The notes: a model not told the origin generated them from the letters alone. 64,000 nucleotides of DNA from Anaeromyxobacter sp. (GCA_049840735.1 JASGJN010000017.1:160001-224000); one strand, 5' to 3'. Shown: positions 31,335 to 44,219, counted from the stretch's first letter. Translations and numbers: made by a program.

Positions 31335-31763
31335 CTACTTCACCTGGACCGCGACGGTCACGTCCTTCACCTGCTTCACGCACCAGGCGTCTGAGCAGAT
31401 GAAGAAGTCCACCCGGGCCCGCAGCTCCTGGGCGCCGGCGCCGGCGCCGGCGGCGGCGAACGGCACCTCGAAGCGCGGCCCCTCGGCGCCCGGGTCCACG
31501 GCGTCCTTGTGGCCCAGCGTGTTCCGCGCCAGGGAGAGGCCCGGGGTGGCCTCGAGCGTGATCTCGAGCGGCGCCTGCGGGTGCACGTGGGTGCCCTTCA
31601 CCGGCACGATGGCCAGCACCAGCTTCCCGGCGGCGCCGGGGGCCAGCGAGCGGGTGGTCCCCTCCGTCTCGAGGCGGTAGCTTGCGGCGGCCTCGGCGCC
31701 CGCATCGACGGCCAGGGCCAGCGGCGGGAGCAGCAGGGCGAGGAGCGTGAGGGCGACGCGCAT
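31335..31763 (-). CDS. exported hypothetical protein (DsbD N-terminal-like Ig fold)
   Basis: Signal peptide MRVALTLLALLLPPLALA; C-terminal F.IC....C motif. Confidence 0.6.
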   Translation of the reverse strand: MRVALTLLALLLPPLALAVDAGAEAAASYRLETEGTTRSLAPGAAGKLVLAIVPVKGTHVHPQAPLEITLEATPGLSLARNTLGHKDAVDPGAEGPRFEVPFAAAGAGAGAQELRARVDFFICSDAWCVKQVKDVTVAVQVK

Positions 31764-31818
31764 GCAGGTGACCTCCGGGGCGCCTCTATACCAGGGACGG
31801 CCTGGGGCGGCCACGCAT

Positions 31819-32755
31819 TCACGGGCGGGCGGGGGCCGCCGCAGGCTCGCGCGCCCTGCGGCGCGAGGCCGGCCCGCGCGCGCCCACCAGGGCCACGGCG
31901 CGGTCCACGATGGCGCCGGCCGCGTCCACCCCGCAGGCCGTCTCGGCCTCGCGGATGGAGGGCGAGCCGTTCACCTCGAAGATGCGCGGGCCGCCCTTCA
32001 CGTCGAGCATGTCCACCGCGCAGATCTCCAGCTGCAGCACGCGCGCCGCCTCCACCGCCAGGCGCGCATAGCTGGGCGGCAGCTCGACGGCCTCGAACTG
32101 GGCGAAGCGCCGGAGGTTGCGGGCGAAGCGGCCCAGCGGGGCGCTGCGGCGCATGGCGGCGATCACCTGCCCGCCCACCACCAGCGCCCGCAGGTCGCGC
32201 CCGCGCGCGCCGCGCAGGTACTGCTGCACCACGATGTTCTGCCCCAGCCCCAGGATGGCCTCCAGGGCCGCCTCCAGCGACTGGAGGCTCTCGCGAGATC
32301 ATCACCCCGCTCTTCTCGTTCACGGAGAGGAGCTTCACCAGCACCGGCACGCCCCCCACCACCTTCACCATCTCGCGCAGGCGGGCCGGGCGGCTGGCCA
32401 TGACCGAGCGCGGGACCGGCACGCCGGCGGCGGAGAGCATCTGCAGCACCCGCATCTTGTTGCGGCTGGCGGCGATGCCGTAGGCGCCGTTCAGGACCGG
32501 CACGCCCATGAGCTCCAGCTGGTTCACCACGGCCAGCCCGTACTGGTGGATGGACAGGCCGATCCGCGGCACCACCACGTCGGTGCGCGGCAGCTTGCGG
32601 CCGCGGTGGAAGGCGCGCGGCGGCCCCTCCCCCAGCCCCAGCTCCACCTCCAGCGGGTCGAGCACGCGGGTCCTGAGGCCGCGGGCGCGCGCCGCCTCGA
32701 CGATGCGCCGCGTGGTGTAGATCCCGGCGGACCTGGAGAGGATGGTCAGGTGCAA
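31819..32755 (-). CDS. rimK: RimK-family ATP-grasp ligase (apparent frameshift ~32290)
   Basis: ILSR...Y.TRR, PRIG, RNKMR.LQ, VQQY..G..GRDLR, FEVNGSP. Confidence 0.75.
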
Positions 32756-32856
32756 GGTGGCCCAGATGGTAAGGCGGCCGGGAGGGAAAGGCGAGGGGCC
32801 GGAAGGCAGCGGGGCGGGCCCCGCGCGCACGCGCCGGAACCCGCCCCCTGAGGCCT

Positions 32857-32915
32857 GTCCTTCGACTCCGCTCCCCGGCCTGCGGCCGGGGAGCTACGCT
32901 GGCTAGGACGAACGG
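32857..32915. repeat. single REP-like element, family 1
   Basis: GTCCTTCGACTCCG-[GCTCCCCGGCC/GGCCGGGGAGC hairpin]-TACGCT...AGGACGAACGG; shares core with the 14 kb array. Confidence 0.75.
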
Positions 32916-32929
32916 CCGCCTGCGGTCCG

Positions 32930-34931
<2,002 letters not shown>

Positions 34932-35035
34932 CTACGCACTGCCACGCGCGCGCCGCGTCCCACGATCCCCGTCCCCTGGGTGCGGCACGCTGGCAAGTCA
35001 CCGATATCACACAGGAACGACACCTCGACGCGGCG

Positions 35036-35050
35036 TGGCACCGGGCTTGC
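35036..35050 (+). promoter_or_regulatory. sigma54 (-24/-12) promoter
   Basis: TGGCAC-N5-TTGC, ~45 bp upstream of the DAG-kinase-like gene. Confidence 0.65.
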
Positions 35051-35093
35051 TCAAAAACCGGGGCAGCGGCGTCACGGTGTCCCTGAGGATCCC

Positions 35094-36171
35094 ATGCTTC
35101 GAATGGTCCATGCGCAGCGCAGCCTCCGCCCGGAGTGGCCCGTGCCAGCCCCGGCGGCCGAGGTGGCCGTGCTGCTCAACGCCAACGCGAAGCAGGTGAA
35201 CGCGGGGGTCCGCCGGGCCCTGTCCTCGGTGGTCCCGGCCGAGCACCTGTTCCTCTCCAGGAGCCCGGACGAGGCCGAGGCCATCGCCGAAGAGGTCGTG
35301 GCGCGGCGTTACGGCACGGTCTTCACCGGGGGCGGTGACGGGACCTTCGTGTCCTGGGTGAACCGGATTCCTTGAGGCCGCCGAGCGGCGCTCGGCCCGC
35401 CCGCCCCGCTTCGGTGTGCTGGCCCTGGGCACCGGGAACGCCGTGGCCGAGATGGTGGGGGCCGACTCGCGCCGCCACGTGCAGGACCTGGCCCGCTACC
35501 TCCGCGGCGAGGTGAGCCGCACCCGCCGGCTCGACCTGCTGACCTGCCAGGGGCGGCGCACGCCCTTCGCCGGCGTCGGCATCGATGCGGCGGTGCTCAA
35601 CGACTACAACTGGGTGAAGGGGCAGCTGTGCGACACGCCCCTGCGCCGCCTGGGCCTGGGCGCCGCCGGCTACGGCCTGGCCGTGGCCCTCCGCTCCGCC
35701 CCCCGCTTCCTGATGGAGCGGCGCCCCGCCTACTGCGAGATCGTCAACACCGGCCGCCCGGCCTGGCGCCTGGACGCCCGCGGCCAGCGCATCGGCCGGC
35801 CCATCGGCCACGGCGAGCTGCTCTACGCCGGCCCGGCCATGATGGCCGCCGCCAGCACGGTGCCGTACTACGGCCTGGGGCTGCGGGTCTTCCCGTTCGC
35901 CGAGAAGGCGCCGGGGATGATGCAGGTCCGCGTGGCCACCACCATCAGCCTGGCCTCGATCCTGCTGAACCTGCCCCGCGTCTGGGACGGCACGTTCGCG
36001 CACGAGGGGCTGCTCGACTTCCACGCCGACCGCGTGGCCGTGAGCTTCGAGCGCCCGATGCCGCTGCAGGTCGGCGGCGACGCCGAGGGCTGGCGCGACG
36101 CGCTCACCTTCGGGATGGCCGCGAACCCGGTCGAGATGGTGGACTTCGGCGCGCCGGCGGTGGCGGCGTAG
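35094..36171 (+). CDS. diacylglycerol/lipid kinase family protein (apparent frameshift ~35370)
   Basis: GGGDGT, LGTGNA, G.GIDA, YYG.G, QVGGD motifs. Confidence 0.8.
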
Positions 36172-36181
36172 CGCCCTCTGT

Positions 36182-36210
36182 CCGCGGTTCGACAGGCTCA
36201 CCGCGAACGG
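36182..36210. repeat. minimal REP-like element, family 1
   Basis: CGCGG-TTCGACAGGCTCA-CCGCG-AACGG between convergent genes. Confidence 0.55.
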
Positions 36211-36235
36211 ATGGACGGCGCGCCCCTCGGCCGCC

Positions 36236-36511
36236 TCAGAGGTAGTACACGACCCGCTTGTCGTCGTGCAGCTGCTGGTAGATGGCCCGCCGCTGCTCCT
36301 CCGACGCCAGCTGCACCGCCACCGAGACCGAGTGGTACTTTCCCCCGGCGCTCTGCCGGACGGACACGTCCTCGGCCGGCGCCTCGCCCACCACCCGCGC
36401 CACCAGGCGTCGCGCGTGCTCGGCGAAGTCGTCGCCGGCCAGCCCCATGATCTTGAAGGTGTAGCGGACCGGGTACTCGATGAGCGCCGGGCCCGTGGCC
36501 TCGTTCTTCAT
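36236..36511 (-). CDS. DUF493/YbeD family protein
   Basis: IEYP..Y.FKIMG, S..GKY.SVSV, IY..L.....V...L. Confidence 0.85.
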   Translation of the reverse strand: MKNEATGPALIEYPVRYTFKIMGLAGDDFAEHARRLVARVVGEAPAEDVSVRQSAGGKYHSVSVAVQLASEEQRRAIYQQLHDDKRVVYYL

Positions 36512-36533
36512 CGCCGGATCGTAACCCGCCTAG

Positions 36534-36827
36534 AGCAGGTTCGCTGCCAGCTCGGCCAGCGGGCTCCGCTCGCCCTTCTGCATGGTGATGTGCCCGGCCA
36601 GCCGGGTGATCTCACGGGGCCTGCGGCCCCGCCCCGTCGGCAAAGCCGCCGGGGCCCCACCCCTGCTGGCCGGGTCCCTGGCCTCGCGCGCCCGCAGGGC
36701 GGGTGCGCGCGAGGCCCCCGGCGCGCGCCTGCGGCGCGACGAGCGGCTGGCCTCACAGCAGGTTCGCTGCCAGCTCGGCCAGCGGGCTCCGCTCGCCCTT
36801 CTGCATGGTGATGTGCCCGGCCAGCCG
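36534..36827. repeat. perfect 71-bp direct repeat (phoH 3' end) flanking a 152-bp palindrome-rich insert
   Basis: 36534-36604 is identical to 36757-36827. Confidence 0.9.
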
Positions 36828-38072
36828 CTCGTTCTTGAACCGGTTCACCACGTGGATGAGGCCGTTGTTGGTCTGGTCCACGTAGGGGTTGTCGATCTGG
36901 TACGGGTCGCCGGTCAGGACGATCTTGGTGCCGTCGCCCACGCGGGTGATGATGGTCTTCACCTCGTGCGGCGTGAGGTTCTGGGCCTCGTCCACGATGA
37001 TGAACTGGTTGGGGATGGAGCGGCCGCGGATGTAGGTGAGCGGCTCGATCTCCAGGATGCCCAGGTCCAGCAGCTCGTGGTACCCGCGCCCGGCCTTCTT
37101 CTCCGAGCGCGACAGGTTCATCAGGTACTCGACGTTGTCGAAGATCGGCTGCATCCAGGGGTTGAGCTTCTCCTCCACCGAGCCCGGCAGGTAGCCGATG
37201 TCGCGGCCCAGCGGGAAGATCGGGCGGGAGACCAGCAGCTTCTGGTAGACGCCCTCCTCCATGGTCTTCTGCAGGCCGGCGGCGATGGCCAGCAGCGTCT
37301 TGCCGGTGCCGGCCTTGCCGACGATGGTGACCAGCCGGACCTCGTCGTTGAGCAGGAGGTCGAGCGCGAAGGACTGCTCCTTGTTGCGCGGCCGGATGCC
37401 CCAGACGCCCTCCTTCGGCGTCTTGATGAGCTGCACGAAGGACTGGCGCGCGGCGCTGTACTTGCCCACCGCCGAGTGCTGCGGGTGGGTCCGGTCGCGC
37501 AGCACCACGAAGGCGTTGGGCGGCGGCGGCTCGCCGTCCTGCAGGGCCAGCGAGCCGGACGAGTAGAACTCGTTCACCTGCTCGGGCGACACCTCGCGCT
37601 CGGAGATGCCGCTCCAGAGCTCGTCCAGGACCACGCCCTCGACGTCGTAGTCCTCGGCCTTGAGCCCCAGGGCGTCGGCGCGGATGCGGAGGTTGGTGTC
37701 CTTGGTGACGAAGACGCAGGGGACGCTCTTCTCGCGCTCGGACAGCTCCAGCGCCACCGCCAGGATCTTGTCGTCGGTGGTGTGGCCGTCGCCGCTGCCG
37801 TGCGGCAGCTTCTTCTCCGCCACCAGCACCCGGATCTTCCCATGGTCCGGGCTGATGGTCACGCCGTCCCGCAGCTTGCCCTGGGTGCGGAACTCGTCGA
37901 GCGAGCGGGCCACCGCGCGGGCGTTCCGGCCCAGCGAGGAGAGGTCCCGCTTGAAGGTGTCGATCTCCTCGATGACGTAGATCGGGACGATCACGTCGTT
38001 GTCGTCGAACCCGAAGATGGAGCGGGGGTCGTGGAGGAGGACGTTGGTGTCGAGGACGAAGTTCTTTTTCAA
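36753..38072 (-). CDS. phoH: PIN-PhoH (PhoH2-type) ATPase
   Basis: FVLDTNVLL PIN domain; GKAGTGKT, IGYLPG, RGRS, DEAQN, GDPYQID. Confidence 0.9.
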   Translation of the reverse strand: MKKNFVLDTNVLLHDPRSIFGFDDNDVIVPIYVIEEIDTFKRDLSSLGRNARAVARSLDEFRTQGKLRDGVTISPDHGKIRVLVAEKKLPHGSGDGHTTDDKILAVALELSEREKSVPCVFVTKDTNLRIRADALGLKAEDYDVEGVVLDELWSGISEREVSPEQVNEFYSSGSLALQDGEPPPPNAFVVLRDRTHPQHSAVGKYSAARQSFVQLIKTPKEGVWGIRPRNKEQSFALDLLLNDEVRLVTIVGKAGTGKTLLAIAAGLQKTMEEGVYQKLLVSRPIFPLGRDIGYLPGSVEEKLNPWMQPIFDNVEYLMNLSRSEKKAGRGYHELLDLGILEIEPLTYIRGRSIPNQFIIVDEAQNLTPHEVKTIITRVGDGTKIVLTGDPYQIDNPYVDQTNNGLIHVVNRFKNERLAGHITMQKGERSPLAELAANLL

Positions 38073-38172
38073 GCCGGGTCGGCTCCGCGTTCCGGGGTCC
38101 ACCACGCCTGCCGAAGCGAGCCCAGTGTAGCATCGGGGCGCCGGGCGTGGTCCACGGTTCGCGATGGCGGGG

Positions 38173-40468
38173 TCACCCGGCGGCGCGGCGTGGGGCGCGC
38201 AGGCTGGCCGCCGAGACACTCCGGTTGCGTCCGCTGCGCTTGGCCTGGTAGAGGCACCCGTCCGCGCGCTCGACCAGGGCCGCCTTGGGCTGCCCGTCGT
38301 CCGGGAAGGTGGCCACGCCGAGCGAGATTCGTGACCCGCAGGGGGCCCTGCGGCGTGTCGAACACCACCTGGCCGACCTTCTCGCGGATGCGCTCCGCGA
38401 TGACCATGGCCCCGGCGGTGTCGGTCTCCGGCATCACCACGGCGAACTCCTCGCCGCCGTAGCGCGCGACCACGTCGGTGTTGCGCGCCTCCTTGAGCAG
38501 GGTGCGGGCGACGCCCTTGAGCACCAGGTCGCCCACCGGGTGGCCGTACGTGTCGTTGACCGACTTGAAGTGGTCCACGTCGCACAGGATGAGCGAGAGC
38601 CGCTTGCCGTAGCGCTGGGCCTGGGCCAGATGGGCGTCAAGCCGCTCCTGGAAGGTCCGGTGGTTGGTGAGGCCGGTCAGGCCGTCGGTGGTGGCCAGCC
38701 GCTCGGTCCGGTCGAACAGCCGCGCCCGCTCGATGGACTGGCCGGCCTGCATGGCCACCACCTCGAGCTGCTGCACCAGGTCGCCGCGGCCGTAGGCGCT
38801 GGCCTTGTGCGAGCCGACCACCAGCGCCCCGACCACCTTCTCGCCCGCCTTGATGGGCACCACGCGCAGCGCGTGGAGCCCCTTGAGCGCCACCTCGCCG
38901 AAGATGGGCACCTTGGCCGGATCGACCGCGGCATGCGGCAGGACCGCCTGGTGCACGATGGCCGAGCCCACCAGCCCCTGCTCGATGGGGAAGCTGAGGC
39001 CATCCAGCGGCGCCGCGCGCACGCCCTCGGCCCCCCAGACCCGCGCCACCCGCACCAGCGCCGGGTCGTCCTCGTCCACCAGCGCCACCGCCGCCAGCTC
39101 CGCGGGCACCATCTCCCGCGCCACGCCCAGCAGCTCGTCCAGCACCTCGGACAGCTTCTTGGCCCGGTTGAGCCGCTGGATGGCCTGGTAGAACCGATCG
39201 CTCTGGGCCCGCGTCTCGCGCACGTCGCGCATCAGCCGCTCGGCGTCCACGGCGCGCAGGATCTCGGCGCCGAGCGTCACCAGCAGCTGCTCCTCGGCCT
39301 CGCCGAAGGGCTCCCCCGCCAGCCGGTCCGCCACCAGCACGCCGCGCACGTGGCCGCCGCGCCGCTCCACCACCGGCACCGCCAGCAGCGAGGCCGGGCG
39401 GGTGCCGTCGAGGTAGTAGCTGGGCGGCTTCACGTCGCCCTGCAGCCGCACCGGCGAGACGCGCTTCACCGCGCCGCCCACGGCCCCCTCGCCGGAGGGC
39501 AGCGGTCCCTGGGCGATGGCCTCGCTGCGCGTGCGGCAGTCCTTGAGCCACAGCTCCTTGCCGTCGTCGGAGAGCCAGTAGAGCGCGCAGGTGTCGCTGC
39601 GCAGGGCCGCCTCCGCCACCTCCAGCGCCCCGCCCACCGCCGCGGCGATCTCCACCACCGCCCCCTCGGTCCAGCGCCGCTCGCGCTCGGCCGGATCCTC
39701 GGTCCCCTCCCCGGCCGCGGAGGTGAGCCGGAACTGTCGCGCCGCCGCCTCGAACTCGCGCCGCTGGCGATCCTCCGCCTCCTGCCGCGAGCGCCGGGCC
39801 GCCGCCACCTGCGCGGCCAGCACGCCGTGGTAGAGCACCGCGAAGAGGACCAGGAAGCCGGCGTGGACGGCCAGGTCCAAGAGGCCCCAGCCGGTCGCGC
39901 CCGCCGCCTGCCAGCGCAGGAGCTCGAGCCCCACCGCCAGCGCCACCAGCGCCGCGCCCACCCGGCGCGGGTGGAAGGCCACCAGGAAGGCGACCACCAG
40001 GTAGGTGAGCGGCTGGAGCGGCGACTCGCCCGCCTCGCCGCCGGCGGCCTGCACCACCGCGGCGGCGGCCAGGATGAAGAGCGCGCCCAGCTCGAGCTGC
40101 GCGCGGTAGCTGGTCACCTCGCCGCGCGCCGAGGCCGCCAGGCGGCGCCACACCGCCCCGGCCAGCGCCAGCGCCAGCGCGCCGGCGGCCACCAGCTGCG
40201 GCAGCCCCTGCGCAGGGGGCGCGAAGGCGTGCAGCGCCAGCAGCGCGCCGATCCCGACCGCCACCGCCACCGGCAGGCTGCGCCACAGGAACCTGAGCCC
40301 GCGCCGCCGGGCCGGCGCGCCCACCAGCCCGCCGTCGCTCAGCAGCGCCGCGTAGAGCCGCACCAGCAGCGGCCGCGGGCGGAGCCGCTGGCGCGCGATG
40401 CGCGCCTGCACCGTGGGCGTGGCGCCGACCGGCGCGCGGATGGCCGGGCGCTCGGCGGGAGGGGTCAC
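38173..40468 (-). CDS. membrane GAF-GAF-GGDEF diguanylate cyclase (apparent frameshift ~38328)
   Basis: N-terminal TM helices, two GAF-like domains, D.DHFK.VND.YGH, RxxD I-site and YGGEEF. Confidence 0.88.
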
Positions 40469-40767
40469 GGCGACTGGCCCTCCCGCGGCTCGCCCACCAG
40501 GAAGACCTTCTCGCCCGGGCGGACGTACTTGAGCTCCTCGCGCGCGGCGCGCTCCAGCGCGGCCGGGTCGGTGTTGAGCGCCCGCACCTCGCGCGCCAGC
40601 TCGGCGTTCTCCGTCGCCAGGCGCGCGTTCTCCTCCTGCATCTTGGCCACGTTGCGCGTGAGCGTGCGCGCCCGGCTCAGGCCGGACGGGTGGACCGCCG
40701 AGGCGACGGCCAGCGTGGCCACCACCCCGAGGAAGACGATCCACCTGCGCGCGCGCTTGCCGGCCAT
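40465..40767 (-). CDS. ftsB: FtsB/DivIC septum formation initiator
   Basis: TM + coiled coil + ERAAREEL.YVRPGE. Confidence 0.85.
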   Translation of the reverse strand: MAGKRARRWIVFLGVVATLAVASAVHPSGLSRARTLTRNVAKMQEENARLATENAELAREVRALNTDPAALERAAREELKYVRPGEKVFLVGEPREGQSP

Positions 40768-40879
40768 GGCTCCCGGCCGGACGCTACCAGCCACCCGGGC
40801 CCCGTCCAGTAATCCGCCGCTATCGGGGTGGGGACAGGTAGGCCCGGGCCTTACGCCCGAGGCCTCACCGCCCCTGCCT

Positions 40880-41941
40880 TCAGCGCGTGTGCACCGTCAC
40901 GTCGGCCGACAGCCCGGCCCGGAGCGGCATGTCGGTCGGCGGCGCGTCAAGGGCCACCCGGACCGGCACGCGCTCCACCACCTTCACGAAGTTGCCGGAG
41001 GCGTTGTCCGGCGGCAGGAGCGCGAAGCGGGCGCCGGTGCCGCCGGAGAGGCTCTGCACGCGCCCGTGCAGCACGCGGTCGCCGTAGGCGTCCACGGTCA
41101 GGTCCACCGGCTGGCCGGGCCGGATGGTCCCGGTCTGCGTCTCCTTGAAGTTGGCCACCACGTAGACCTGGTCCGGCACCAGCTGCCCCAGCGTCTGGCC
41201 GGCCTGGACCAGCTGCCCGACCCGGGCGGCGAAGCGCGACAGCTGCCCGTCGGCCGGGGCGCGCACCAGGGTGTAGCCGAGCTGCAGGTGGGCGGCGTCG
41301 AGCGCGGCCTGGGCGGCCTTCACCCGGGCGTCGGCCAGCTCCACGCTGGCCAGCGCCGCCGCATACTGGGCGCGGTTGGTGCCGGCCCCGGCGCTGGCGG
41401 CCTGGTCCTGGATGCGGGTGGCGTCGAACCGCTCGTCGGCGATGGCGTCGCCCTGCTTCAGGGCCTGGGCCCGGCGCAGGTCGAGCGCCGCCTTCTCGGC
41501 CTCGGCCTCGGCCTTCGTCACGCTGGAGCGGGCCGCCGTCACCTGCGCCCGGGCCACGCTGGCCTGGGCGCGCGCGGTGGCCAGCTCGGCCTCGGCCTGG
41601 CGGACCTTCACGGCCTGGTCGGCGTCGTCCAGGCGGAGCACCGGCTGTCCGGCCTTCACCTCGGCGTCCTCGGCCACCAGCACCTCGGCGATTCGGCCGC
41701 CCACCCGCGGGGCGATGGCCACCACGTCGGCCTCGACCTGCGCGTCGTCGGTGTTCTCGTCGAAGCGCGTGGCCCACAGGCGGTGGCCGGACAGGCCGGC
41801 GGCCACGGCCAGCGCCAGCAGCACGCCCCAGACGGCGAAGCGGCGGCGGCGCGGCGGGGCGGTGGGCTCGTTCCTGGGCTCGGCCGCCACCGGGGGCACC
41901 GGGTGGACGGGGCTGCTGCTGGGATTGACGGGGGGCGTCAT
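40880..41941 (-). CDS. emrA: HlyD/EmrA membrane fusion protein
   Basis: TDDAQV, ANFKETQ, LLPPDNASGNFVKVV.RVPVR. Confidence 0.9.
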   Translation of the reverse strand: MTPPVNPSSSPVHPVPPVAAEPRNEPTAPPRRRRFAVWGVLLALAVAAGLSGHRLWATRFDENTDDAQVEADVVAIAPRVGGRIAEVLVAEDAEVKAGQPVLRLDDADQAVKVRQAEAELATARAQASVARAQVTAARSSVTKAEAEAEKAALDLRRAQALKQGDAIADERFDATRIQDQAASAGAGTNRAQYAAALASVELADARVKAAQAALDAAHLQLGYTLVRAPADGQLSRFAARVGQLVQAGQTLGQLVPDQVYVVANFKETQTGTIRPGQPVDLTVDAYGDRVLHGRVQSLSGGTGARFALLPPDNASGNFVKVVERVPVRVALDAPPTDMPLRAGLSADVTVHTR

Positions 41942-41942
41942 G

Positions 41943-43556
41943 TCAGTGCTCCATCTGGATCTTCTGCGAAGGATCGCGCCTGGTCTTGAGGAAGAAGAGC
42001 AGCGGCAGCACCGCCACGATGGCGATGCCGGTGAGCAGCAGCACATGCTCGAAGGCCAGGACCATGCCCTGCCGCGTGACGGTGCCGCCCAGGGTCTCGA
42101 GGGCGGCGCTCCTGGCGGCCGCCGGGTCGAACCCCTTGCCGGAGAAGAAGGCGGTGTACTGGGCCAGGCGCGCCTGCACCTCCGGCCGCTCCGGCGAGAC
42201 GTGGGCCGCCACCGCCGCCCGCGCCGTCGTGGCGTGGCGGGAGAGCAGCGTTGCGAAGACCGCCAGCCCCACCGACGCGCCGACCTGGCGCAGCAGCGAG
42301 TTGAGGCCCGTGGCGTCGGCCAGCTTCTCGCGGGGCACGTTGGAGAGCGCCGCGGTGGTGAGCGGGACGAACAGGAAGCTGAACCCCACGCCCTGGATCA
42401 GGATGGCGTGCACGATGCCGGACGAGGTGCTGGCCAGGGTCACGTGGGAGACCAGCCAGGCGCCGATGGCGATGAAGGTGATGCCGATGCCCACCAGCAC
42501 GCGGGTGGAGACCCGGCCGTAGAGCCGCCCCACGAACGGCGTCACCGCCATCATCACCAGCACGCGCGGCATGAGGGCCAGGCCGGACTGCATGGCGGTG
42601 AAGCCCAGCAGCTCCTGCATGAAGAGCGGCAGCAGGAACATGCCGGCGATGAGGATGGCGAACATCACCGCGCCGATGAGCGTGCCGGAGGTGAAGACCG
42701 GGTCCTTGAAGAGGCGCAGGTTGACCGCCGGGACCGGCGCGGTCAGCTCCCGCCACACGAAGAGCAGCAGCGTGACCAGCGCGGTGAGGGCGCAGGCCAC
42801 GATCACCCGCGACTGGAACCAGTCCTTCTGCTGCCCCTCCTCGAGGAAGAACTGCAGCGTGGCCAGCCCCATGGCCATGAGCGCGATGCCGATCCAGTCC
42901 ATGTTGCGCCGCTGGTGCGCGGCCGCGGCGGCGTTGGCGTGGCGGATGTCGTCCGGCTCGTGGACGAACCGCCAGACCATGAACAGGCCCAGCGCGCCTA
43001 CCGGCAGGTTGATGAAGAAGATCCAGGACCAGTGGTAGTTGTCGACGATGTAGCCGCCCAGCGTCGGGCCGATGGCCGGGCCGATCATCACGGCCATGCC
43101 GAACAGCGCCATGGCCATGCCCTGCTCCCTGGGCGGGAAGGTCTGGCGCAGGATGGCCTGCTCGGTGGGCTGCAGCGCGCCGGCGCCGAACCCCTGCAGC
43201 GCCCGGAACAGCACCACCTGGAAGAGGCTGGAGGCGACGCCGCAGAGCGCGGAGCCGATCAGGAAAAGGAACAGGCTGGCCATGTAGACGCGCTTCTGGC
43301 CGAAGAGCCGGCCCAGGAACGCCGTCAGCGGCATCACGATCACCGTGGCGATGGCGAAGCCGGTGGAGATCCAGGTGATCTCCTGGACGGTGGCGCCCAC
43401 CGCGCCGCGGATCTGCGGCAGCGCCACGTTGACGATCGACGTGTCGATGGCCCCCATCAGCGTGCCGAAGGTGACCGAGACGGTGACCAGCCACTTGTTG
43501 GTGGCGGGGCGCGGCGCGGACAGCGCCGGCACCGGGAGCCCGGCGGCCTGGCTCAT
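41943..43556 (-). CDS. emrB: DHA2 MFS efflux permease
   Basis: DTSIVNVALP, GP.IGPTLGG, W.WIFFINLPVG; multiple TM helices. Confidence 0.9.
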   Translation of the reverse strand: MSQAAGLPVPALSAPRPATNKWLVTVSVTFGTLMGAIDTSIVNVALPQIRGAVGATVQEITWISTGFAIATVIVMPLTAFLGRLFGQKRVYMASLFLFLIGSALCGVASSLFQVVLFRALQGFGAGALQPTEQAILRQTFPPREQGMAMALFGMAVMIGPAIGPTLGGYIVDNYHWSWIFFINLPVGALGLFMVWRFVHEPDDIRHANAAAAAHQRRNMDWIGIALMAMGLATLQFFLEEGQQKDWFQSRVIVACALTALVTLLLFVWRELTAPVPAVNLRLFKDPVFTSGTLIGAVMFAILIAGMFLLPLFMQELLGFTAMQSGLALMPRVLVMMAVTPFVGRLYGRVSTRVLVGIGITFIAIGAWLVSHVTLASTSSGIVHAILIQGVGFSFLFVPLTTAALSNVPREKLADATGLNSLLRQVGASVGLAVFATLLSRHATTARAAVAAHVSPERPEVQARLAQYTAFFSGKGFDPAAARSAALETLGGTVTRQGMVLAFEHVLLLTGIAIVAVLPLLFFLKTRRDPSQKIQMEH

Positions 43557-44179
43557 CGCGCCACCCCGTGGAGGAAGAGGTCCACCACGGCGCCCGGCAG
43601 CGCCTCCCACCCGCCGGCGCCCTGGACCGCGCGCACCAGCACGGCTCGCGCCATCCCCACCAGCGCGGCAGCCCGCAGGGCGGCGTCGCCCGGCGTGAGC
43701 TGGCCGCTGGCCAGGCCCTCCTCCAGCACCGCCTGGACCCGCCGCACCAGCTCGTCGTGGAGCGAGCCGGAGGGATGGAGCCGCGCCGGCCCCTCGCCGG
43801 ACTGCACCAGCGCCGTGAGGTAGCGCCCGTGCGCTTGGCCGTGCTCTGCGAGCGCGCCCAGCAGCGCGCGCAGGCGCGCCTCGATTGGCTGGCCGGCCGA
43901 GGCGGCCAGCGCCGCGTCGAGGCGGGCCATCAGCGCCTCGCGGCGCGAGCAGGAGAGCGCCCGCACCAGCGCGTCGCGGTCCTCGAAGTGGTTGTAGAGG
44001 GTGCCCACGGCGACGCCGGCCCGGGCGGCGATCCGCTCCATGCGCGCGCCCATCCCCTCCTCGCCGAAGATCTCCTCGGCCGAGCCCAGGATGGCCCGGT
44101 AGGTCTCCTCGCGGAGTCGATCGCGCAGGCGCGTGGGCGACTGGAGGGCCTTCCCATCGCTTGATGAATCTGGATTCAT
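43553..44179 (-). CDS. TetR/AcrR family regulator
   Basis: HTH IAARAGVAVGTLYNHF. Confidence 0.9.
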   Translation of the reverse strand: MNPDSSSDGKALQSPTRLRDRLREETYRAILGSAEEIFGEEGMGARMERIAARAGVAVGTLYNHFEDRDALVRALSCSRREALMARLDAALAASAGQPIEARLRALLGALAEHGQAHGRYLTALVQSGEGPARLHPSGSLHDELVRRVQAVLEEGLASGQLTPGDAALRAAALVGMARAVLVRAVQGAGGWEALPGAVVDLFLHGVAR

Positions 44180-44219
44180 GACTTGAGCCCTATATGCGGC
44201 TCATGAACCCATTCGTCAA
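44162..44219 (-). promoter_or_regulatory. putative TetR operator pair and promoter
   Basis: Palindrome ATGAATC-N2-GATTCAT over the start codon and related GAATGGGTTCAT directly after a TTGACG -35. Confidence 0.55.
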
